This document shows positions 43,125 through 50,491 of a stretch of 64,000 nt of DNA, in pieces. Every line of letters begins with the position of its first letter. Within the stretch, counting starts at the first letter, position 1. Both the position numbers and the translations under genes were made by a program. The stretch covers positions 1,760,001 to 1,824,000 of the forward strand of contig CAVOXA010000001.1 of the NCBI GenBank assembly GCA_963700285.1, given 5' to 3'. The notes under the pieces were generated by a model, which was not told the DNA's origin, searched no databases, and saw only the letters and a program-made list of their open reading frames with translations. Source of the DNA: an uncultured Chloroflexia bacterium. Lineage in GTDB: Bacteria; Chloroflexota; Anaerolineae; JAAYZQ01.

Positions 43125-43497
43125 CTATCGTACGATGCGTCTCTGTTGGAGCGATGGTGCGCCAAAGTTGAGCAGGATCGCCAGGCGCAGGCCTGTCGCT
43201 GCCAGGTAGTGGTGGGCCTGCGCCTCGTGGACTCGGGTCAGGGCCGAGACGGCCTTGAGCTCCAGGATGATCTTGTCGTCGACGACGAAGTCAGCGACAT
43301 AATCGCCCACCAGACGGCCCTTGTAGTGTACCGGCAGTCGCTTCTGTCGCTCAAACGGAATGCCGCGCGCCTCGAACTCGATAGGCCAGCGCGCCTTCAT
43401 ACACAGCTTCCAGAAAGCCGGGACCCAGGGTACGGTGTACCTCCATCGCCGCGCCGACGATCTCGTATGAAAGCTCTTTGAACAGGATTTCAGCCAT
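43125..43497 (-). CDS. GxxExxY protein (PD-(D/E)XK nuclease-like); one frameshift near 43380
   Basis: LSYEIVGAAMEVHRTLGPGFLEAVY...ADFVVDDKIILELKAV...HEAQAHHYL..TGLRLAILLNFG. Confidence 0.9.
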
Positions 43498-43507
43498 AAT
43501 ACTTCCT

Positions 43508-43579
43508 GCCACGAATTGCACGAATTATACGAATTCTAATCCAAGTATGCATAATTCGTGTAATTCGTGAATTCGTGGC
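43508..43579. repeat. Second copy of the 9-nt-unit palindrome (upstream of the GxxExxY gene)
   Basis: GCCACGAATTGCACGAATTATACGAATT - 17 nt - AATTCGTGTAATTCGTGAATTCGTGGC. Confidence 0.9.
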
Positions 43580-44446
43580 TAAATAACGTCGGCAAAGGTG
43601 CGCTCGGTGCGCCGGAAAAAGACGAGCCCGCTGACCAGGACCAGCAGCGTGATGAGCGATCGAGACGGCGAAGAGCGGGCCAGGCGGCTGCGGCGTCGGC
43701 CAGGTAGTTGCCCAGCAGCGCCCAGCGAAAGCCCTCCACCACGCCGGTCATGGGGTTCAGCGCCAGCAGCCAGCGGATACTGCTCCGGGATCAGCGTCGT
43801 GCCATAGATGACGGGCGTCAGGTACATCCAGATCTGGACCAAAAAGGGCACCAGGTAGTTGACGTCGCGGTAGCGCACGTTGAGCGCCGACAGCCACAGG
43901 CCAAAGCCCAGCGCGGTGAGCATGGCCAGCAGCAGAAAGGCGGGCAGCAGCAGCACGGCCGGCGTGGGCGCGATGCCGGTAGAAGACCATCAAGGCCGAC
44001 CAGCACCAGGAAGGCGATGCCAAAATCGACCAGCCCGGAGAGCACGCCGCTGATGGGGATGACGAGCCGCGGAAAGTAGACCTTGGTGATCAGGTGGGCG
44101 CTGCCCACCAGGCTGGTCGAGGAGCGGGTCAGCGAGCCGGCGAAGTAGTTCCAGGGCAGCAGGGCCGCGTAGGCGAAAGATCGGATAGGGCACGTCGCCC
44201 GACGGCACGTCGAGCAGGCCGCCAAAGAGCAGGCTAAAGACGACCATGCTCACCACCGGCTGGAGCACGATCCAGGCGACGCCCAGCAGCGTCTGCTTGT
44301 AGCGCACCTTGAGGTCGCGCCAGACCAGGAAGTAGAGCAGCTCGCGGTATTCCCACACGCCCGCAGCTGCAGGGAAGCCCAGCCCCGGGTGGGCTCGATG
44401 ATGACGGTGGGTACTCGGTTGGCTGTTCTTGGCAAGTACTGGTCAT
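43579..44446 (-). CDS. wzm: Polysaccharide ABC transporter permease, frameshifted
   Basis: WEYRELLYFLVWRDLKVRYKQTLLGVAW, LITKVYFPRL, ALNVRYRDV, FFRRTERTFADVI. Confidence 0.92.
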
Positions 44447-44464
44447 AACTTGCTCGCAGGTGTC

Positions 44465-44644
44465 TCATGGTTCATGGACCAGATCGCGCCGGAGATCATC
44501 GATTGATCCGCACGGTACCCGGCCCTCTCTGAGGGCTTTCCGGGTCGCTTCAGCATTCGCAGCGATTTCGGCGCGGCGGTGCTCTATCAGGCGCTGGTGG
44601 ACGGATTGGAGTATTGAATCAGGAATGCGCAGGTCCTGGGCCAT
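44465..44644 (-). pseudogene. Possible small antitoxin-like ORF or remnant
   Basis: MAQDLRIPDSILQSVHQRLIEHRRAEIAANAEATRKALREG..GSIDDLRRDL resembles small TA-associated proteins; family not certain. Confidence 0.35.
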
Positions 44645-44654
44645 GGTTTGCCTC

Positions 44655-44683
44655 TTGACTCTGCCATGGAATTGGTCTATAAT
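44655..44683 (+). promoter_or_regulatory. Near-consensus sigma70 promoter for the DUF433 gene, antisense to the glycan operon
   Basis: TTGACT-17 bp-TATAAT. Confidence 0.7.
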
Positions 44684-44722
44684 CCATCTACCTGTTCTAC
44701 GGAAGTCCTGGAAGGAGTTGGC

Positions 44723-44968
44723 ATGCTTGAAGAACGGTTCTGGCAGCGCATCAGCATCGATCCCCAAGCCATGACCGGCAAGCCGGTGATCAGGGGAACT
44801 CGCATTCCGGTGGAACTGATCGTCCGGATGTTGGCTCAGGGTATCCCGGACCAGGAGATTCTGGAGGAGTATCCCCGGCTGGAACCTGACGACATCCGGG
44901 CTGCTTTGGCCTACGCAGCCCATACCTTGGCCGATGAGGACGTGTTCCCCCTGGCTGTTCCCACCTAG
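44723..44968 (+). CDS. DUF433-family putative antitoxin
   Basis: RISIDPQAMTGKPVIRGTRIPVELIV..LAQG....EILEEYPRL..DDIRAALAYAA; GGAG RBS. Confidence 0.9.
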   Translation: MLEERFWQRISIDPQAMTGKPVIRGTRIPVELIVRMLAQGIPDQEILEEYPRLEPDDIRAALAYAAHTLADEDVFPLAVPT

Positions 44969-45087
44969 TGCCAGGGTTTCCGTCTTCGTGGGTTCGTGAT
45001 CGACCTGCATCATGCGCTTGCCCTTCCCACCGAAGTTGATCCTGTGTTTCCCCACGAGACCACTATGCTTGCGTATCAGCCCGCAGT

Positions 45088-45115
45088 TATTCGTGCTATT
45101 CGTGCAATTCGTGGC
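45088..45115. repeat. Single arm of the 9-nt CACGAATT repeat
   Basis: TATTCGTGCTATTCGTGCAATTCGTGGC, 10 nt downstream of the radical SAM stop. Confidence 0.8.
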
Positions 45116-45125
45116 AGAAGCGAAC

Positions 45126-46844
45126 TCACCGCATCCACCCCAACGCCTGCCAGCCCACATTCACCGCCGACTTGAAGGCCTGCCAGTTGTTCATGCTCTT
45201 CAAAAAGGTCCACATCGGCCCGGGCCGCAGCGCCCACTCGCGGAAGGCGCGCCGCGCCCAGTACTCGATCCGCTCCGCCGGCAGCCCCGGATAGTCCAGC
45301 ACCGTCGACTCGTCCATGTCGACCTCCTCCCAGGTCGTGCCGGGCCGGAACCAGCCCTTCTCCACCACCTCGAAGAAGAAGGGCGTGCCGGGATAGGGGG
45401 CGGCGATGTGGAACAGGGCCAGGTCCAGGGGCAGCTTCTTGGACAGGTCGATGGTCTGCCGGATCGTCTCCTCCGTCTCGCCGGGCAGGCCGATGATGAA
45501 ATAGCCCCAGTTCATGATGCCGGCGTCCTTGCTCCAGCTGCAGCGCGCGGGCGATCTTTTCGTCGGTGGTGCCCTTGCGCACCCGCTTGCGGATCTCCTC
45601 GTTGGCGCTCTCGATGCCCCAACTGATGAGCCAGCAGCCGGCGCGGCCCATCGCCTGCAGCATCTCGGGGTCGACGTAATCGACGCGGCTGTTGCAGGTC
45701 CACTTGAAGTCCAGCCCCTCGCGGACCATGCCCTCGCAGATGCCCATCACCTGCTCGCGGTTGACGGTGAACAGGTCGGCGTACATGTGCACGTTGCGCA
45801 GGCCCAGGTCCCAGAGCATGCTGCAGCTCGGCCAGCACGTTCTCGGGCGAGCGGACGCGCACCGAGTAGCCGATAGCTGACGTGTTTGATGCAGAACGTG
45901 CAGCCGGCCGGGCAGCCGCGGCTGGGCACGATAAAGGTGTAGGGGCCGCGGATGTTGGGCGCCCGGTACTTGTCCCAGGGCAGCAGGTGGTGCAGGGGCA
46001 GCGGCAGGTCGTCCAGGTCGCGGATGAAGGGCCGGTCGGGGTTGACGCGGATCGGCAGCTTCCGGTCGTGCCGCCAGGTTTCGCGCCAGACGAGGCCTTG
46101 ATGGCGGCGAGCTGGGATGCGTGTTGCGTGTTGCGTGGTACGTGGCCGTTGCCAGGCAGGTGCGCGATCCGTGCTTGGGTCCAGGGCGGCTGCCAGTCGG
46201 ATCCGCATCCCGATACATCTTGTCCAGGCGCCCTCAACTCGATCCCGCCGGACCCTGTCTCCGCCTCTGCCCGCTTCCCTGCTCCTCTCCTCCAGCGTAT
46301 CGAGCAGCTCGCGCAGCGTCAGTTCCGGCTCGCCGCGCAGGACATAGTCCAGCGTGGGAAAGGCCTCCATGGTCTCCAGGGGCATGGGCGTGACGTGGGT
46401 GCCAAAGGCGATGGTGCGAGCGCCCAGGCAGCGGGCCAGGAAGGTGCCGCGCATGTCGTTGGTCAGGGTCGGGGCGGTCACCTGGGTGACATAGTAGTTG
46501 GGCCGCTTCTCGGCCAGCAGCTGCTCAAAGTCCTCCCAGGTCATGCGGCTGCGGGATGGCGTCGACGATCTCCACCGAGTAGTCGGGGTAGAGCAGGGCG
46601 GCCAGCTGGGCCAGGCTGACCTGGGGCCAGATCATGTTCTCGCGGCTGCGGCGGCCCACGCGGTGCTGGCTGCGGATCCAGATGGCGCCGTCGGGCGCGG
46701 GTGGGTTGACCAGCAGCACGTCCACGGCCCCTGGGGGCGGGCGGCCGTCGGCAGCTCGCTGAGCGTCTGGCGTACGTTGGGAAACTGGGCCTGGGGCAGC
46801 GGGCGCACCGGCCGGTTTCCCAGGTTCTCGCTGATCAGGCTCAT
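45126..46844 (-). CDS. B12-binding radical SAM protein (class B methyltransferase / HpnJ-like), multiply frameshifted
   Basis: LLVNPP, GTHVT, RGEPE, SRGCPAGCTFC (CxxxCxxC), WGIESA, FIIGLPGET, PYPGT. Confidence 0.85.
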
Positions 46845-46883
46845 AATGGGTTGAATTCTACCATAGTTGTTTGTTTTGAGCAA

Positions 46884-47615
46884 CTAGATGTACACTGGAA
46901 TCTCGGGCGGCGGATCGTCGCCCGAGATGGTCTTGACCTGGCGCGCTGGGACGCCGGCGACGACGGTGTGGGCCGGCACGTCTCGGGTGACGACGGCGCC
47001 GGCAGCCACGACGGCGCCGCGGCCGATGCGCACCCCGTCGGTGATGATGGCGCCGGCGCCGATCCAGACGTCGTCCTCGACGGTGATGCCCTGGGCGGTG
47101 ATGCCCTGCTCGACAAAGGGCCGCTGGGGGTCCGAGAACACGTGGTCCACGGCGGCCAGTTGAACCAGGGGCGAGGTATAGACGCGGTCGCCGATGGTGA
47201 TGCCGCCCTGGCCGCGCAGCACGTTGAACTCGCCGATGAGGCTGTCGCGCCCGATCTTGATGCCGGCGTGGGGCAGGTCGCGAAAGTTGTAGACGTGCAG
47301 CTCGGCGTGGTGCATCACCAGGGTATTGTCGCCGATCTCGATGCCGCCGGGGCAGGCGTGCAGGTAGACGCCCTCATCCAGGTAGACGCCCTTGCCCAGG
47401 CGTATCTGGCCGGCGAAGCGGATGCGGACGCCGCGCTCGATGGCAACCGTGCCCTCTATCCTCATGATGAGCCGGTAGGCCACGGCGCGCAGGCCGATGC
47501 CAACGACCGTGGGTATCCAGCCAAAGAGGGTCAGGATCAACTGCTCCCAGAGGTAGCGCCGCAGGCTGCTGGCCTGGCGGGAGAGATAGAGACCAAGGCT
47601 GTGGCTGGTGGTCAT
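46884..47615 (-). CDS. Hexapeptide-repeat acyltransferase
   Basis: [47 protein letters not shown]. Confidence 0.9.
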   Translation of the reverse strand: MTTSHSLGLYLSRQASSLRRYLWEQLILTLFGWIPTVVGIGLRAVAYRLIMRIEGTVAIERGVRIRFAGQIRLGKGVYLDEGVYLHACPGGIEIGDNTLVMHHAELHVYNFRDLPHAGIKIGRDSLIGEFNVLRGQGGITIGDRVYTSPLVQLAAVDHVFSDPQRPFVEQGITAQGITVEDDVWIGAGAIITDGVRIGRGAVVAAGAVVTRDVPAHTVVAGVPARQVKTISGDDPPPEIPVYI

Positions 47616-49432
47616 GGGCTTTCCGCCGCCTGGCGCATCCACTCTGCCCGCTCTTTGTCCCCAATGTGTTCGTACCAAAAGATCCTCGCCTCGAGTTGGC
47701 TCTGTTGCCTGTTCAAATCAGCCCATAGAGCGCGCCCCTTTTCCAACTGCCCGTTGGCAATGAGCGCCTCGCCATACAGTTGCCGCGTGGTCACGCTCTC
47801 GGGTTCGGCGGCATAGGCGGCCTCCAGGTGGGCCAGGGCGCTCTCGTACTGGCCCAGCGACAGCTCGATCATGCCCAGGCGCCGGTTGGCGGCGGAATTG
47901 CCAGGGTCAAAGGCCAGCGCGCGCTGGAACTCGGCCACGGGCTGGCTCAGATCGGCCTGGCGGCGAACCTCGTCCTGGATGGGCCATTCGGGCCAGGTAT
48001 AGACGCCCAGCTCGGCCTGGCTCTGGTGTACCGCGCCCAGGTTCGAAGAGATCCGCGATAGTATAGGCCCGCGAAGCAGTAGCGCCAGGCCCACCAGCAG
48101 GATGAGGCCGGCGGGCAGGATCCACGACAGCCAACGACTCGTTGGCCTGTGCAGCCGCAGGTAGGGTACGGCGAAGGCCAGGGGCACAAAGAGCAGCAGG
48201 ACGCCGCGGCTGCCGTACAGGACATCGTCCACCAGGCCGTGGACGAGGATGATGACCAGGCTCAGGGCCGCCGCGCCCAGCGCGCCCCGGCCGGAGCGAG
48301 GCCCCCGATGCAATAGCCCCCGCCCTACGGCTATGGCAAAGAGGATCCACATCCAGAGCAGGGCCAGCAGGGCCAGCAGCCCCTGTTCCACGGACACGTT
48401 GAGATAGAGGTTGTGGCTGTGGACCGTGTAGCCCACGTGGAGCTGCAGGACATAGGTGGAGTAGAGCATCTGGAAGCCGCCCAGGCCGGCGCCGATGACC
48501 GGATAATCACGTACCAGGCTGGGAGTGCTGCGCAGCAGTTCCGCCCGGCCGACGGCGGTGTTCTCGCCCGGCAGGGCCTCCAGAGCCGCTGTAATGCCCC
48601 CCGGCCAGACGAGCACAGCGACCAGGACGATGCCCACCAATCCGGCGACCAGGCCCGCGAACAGCCAGCCCTGTCTCTGCTTGCTGCCGGGACTGAGCAG
48701 GCCGGCAGCGGCCCACAGGAGGGCCAGCAACAGCGCGGCGCCCAACGCGATCCAGGCCGCCCGCGACGCGGTCATGGCCAAACCAAAGAGGGTGATTGCC
48801 AGAGCGACAATCGCCGCTGCCAGGGCCAGCCGCTGTCTGGACGCGCCTGGCTGCTGGGCCCGCCGGAGGTCGCGCCAGGACTGAAGGGTCGCCAGCCCGG
48901 CATAGGGCACGGCCATGGCCATCAGGCCGCCGGCGACGTTGGGATGGAGGCGGTGGCCGGGCAGCCGCGGCAGGGGCGCCTGCAGGGCCCTTCCCAGGGC
49001 AGCGAGCGCCGGGATCTTGGCCGGGTAGGCGTCCCAATCGTGGGTGAGCAAAAAGTAGGCCGCGACGCCTGTTCCCAGGAGGGCCAAGAGCCAGACGCGG
49101 ACCCGGGGAACCGGTTCGGCGTTGGCAAAGGCATAAAAAAGGAGCACGCCACCCAGGATCTGCCAGAATTTGGGCCAGGCGGCGGCACGGTCATAGGCGG
49201 CCCAGACGGCGACGCCGGCCGTGATCAGAAAGATCAAGAGGGGCGGGTCAAAGGCCGTTCGTCTGGTGGGCTGCCCCGTATGGACAAAGCGGATGGCCCA
49301 GGGCGCCAGGGCCAGGAGCAGCGGCCAGGGTCCAGCGCCGGGTAGAACGTACCAGATCCCGCCAGCCACAAGGGCACAGGCCAGATCGAGATAACAGAGC
49401 CAGTCGGGTGCGACTTCAGTGTGTTTGGGCAT
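47612..49432 (-). CDS. O-antigen ligase family protein with C-terminal TPR
   Basis: [44 protein letters not shown]; TPR-like C-terminus. Confidence 0.85.
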   Translation of the reverse strand: MPKHTEVAPDWLCYLDLACALVAGGIWYVLPGAGPWPLLLALAPWAIRFVHTGQPTRRTAFDPPLLIFLITAGVAVWAAYDRAAAWPKFWQILGGVLLFYAFANAEPVPRVRVWLLALLGTGVAAYFLLTHDWDAYPAKIPALAALGRALQAPLPRLPGHRLHPNVAGGLMAMAVPYAGLATLQSWRDLRRAQQPGASRQRLALAAAIVALAITLFGLAMTASRAAWIALGAALLLALLWAAAGLLSPGSKQRQGWLFAGLVAGLVGIVLVAVLVWPGGITAALEALPGENTAVGRAELLRSTPSLVRDYPVIGAGLGGFQMLYSTYVLQLHVGYTVHSHNLYLNVSVEQGLLALLALLWMWILFAIAVGRGLLHRGPRSGRGALGAAALSLVIILVHGLVDDVLYGSRGVLLLFVPLAFAVPYLRLHRPTSRWLSWILPAGLILLVGLALLLRGPILSRISSNLGAVHQSQAELGVYTWPEWPIQDEVRRQADLSQPVAEFQRALAFDPGNSAANRRLGMIELSLGQYESALAHLEAAYAAEPESVTTRQLYGEALIANGQLEKGRALWADLNRQQSQLEARIFWYEHIGDKERAEWMRQAAESP

Positions 49433-49665
49433 GGGTCCGCTTTGGCAGGGTTGTGGCCTTTTTGTGCAAAGGCGCCTTGTTGTGTGCAAGACGCTCGGTG
49501 AGGCGTTGCCTGGTTTGCGTGGCGCGCCGGGGCACGCTCCGCCGTTCTGACACAATTTCTGTATCAGAATCGGCGTAGGTTCTGCCCGTCCGGCACTGTT
49601 TCGCTGCCGGACGGGCTCTTGGTTTCCTAGCGCGGCGCCGGTTCTTTGGAGAACCTGCGGCGCAT

Positions 49666-49728
49666 CAATCCTAGGCCAAAGCGTGCCAATCCTGGACTGA
49701 CGCGCGGCAATCCTGAACTGACGCGCTT
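49666..49728. repeat. Three 21-bp direct repeats upstream of the glycan operon
   Basis: CAATCCTAGGCCAAAGCGTGC / CAATCCTGGACTGACGCGCGG / CAATCCTGAACTGACGCGCTT. Confidence 0.7.
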
Positions 49729-50427
49729 CAGATGGCTGGCGGTTGTGCGGCGGATAGGCGCTTACTGGCGCTCGAGGACGGTTCTGGCCTTGTGGATGTC
49801 AAAGCTGCGGCTCGACGGTGTTGCGCGCGCCGTGTCGCCGAGAGGTGTATTCAGAAGATCCGCACCGCATGCCACACGCAGGCATTGATGGTCCGCGAGC
49901 GCATAGTAGCCCGTCTGTGTACACCGGCTATACCGGCCAAGCTCTGAAAAGGATATGGTCTGATCCCTGGAAATGCGTTCCCATGGTTCCTGCATCAGGT
50001 TCCTCGTGAAACACGCTCCGGTCCTGGAGCGACCGGCCAGAAGCCGTTGCCATCCCTTGGGATTTCAGTGAAAGGTTACAATAACAAGGTTTTCCATATA
50101 AACTAGGTGTTTTCACGTATGGAACCATTGTATCACGGTGAGGCTGTTTGTTCCATCCCCTTTGCGGCGGAGATCAGGGTGTAAACTCTTTCCCCCTGTG
50201 TGCTAGTCTGTGCTCGTGCCTGGGGCCTAGTCAGTGCTGCCACAAGTCGGACCGAGACTAGGCCTTGCTCCTCGACGCTGCCGGTCCGGCGTTCCACTGG
50301 GTTAGCGGCGTTCGAAAGCCGGAGCGCGCCCGTACTCCAGTCGGGGCCCTGGACCCGATCGTGCCGCCACCGGGATGAAGGCCATGACCCCCTGATGCCA
50401 AAGCCGTACCTGCCCTATCCCATGTTT

Positions 50428-50457
50428 TTGACCGCTGGAGAGCAGGTGTGCTATAAT
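50428..50457 (+). promoter_or_regulatory. Sigma70-type promoter for the histidine kinase
   Basis: TTGACC-18 bp-TATAAT with extended TG. Confidence 0.7.
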
Positions 50458-50491
50458 GGCCGCGCCAAGTGGTAGGGAGATATGATAGCCT

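Noticed and set aside
43044-43579. 9-mer repeats as a CRISPR array
   Set aside because: No unique spacers of regular length, the units are only 9 nt and inverted, and there are no cas genes.
45126-46844. Radical SAM gene as hopanoid biosynthesis hpnJ
   Set aside because: No other hpn genes nearby, and the context is glycan tailoring, so no symbol was assigned.
49762-50475. Short ORFs or a known riboswitch in the long intergenic region
   Set aside because: No recognisable protein motifs or RBS, and no riboswitch consensus I could match by eye.
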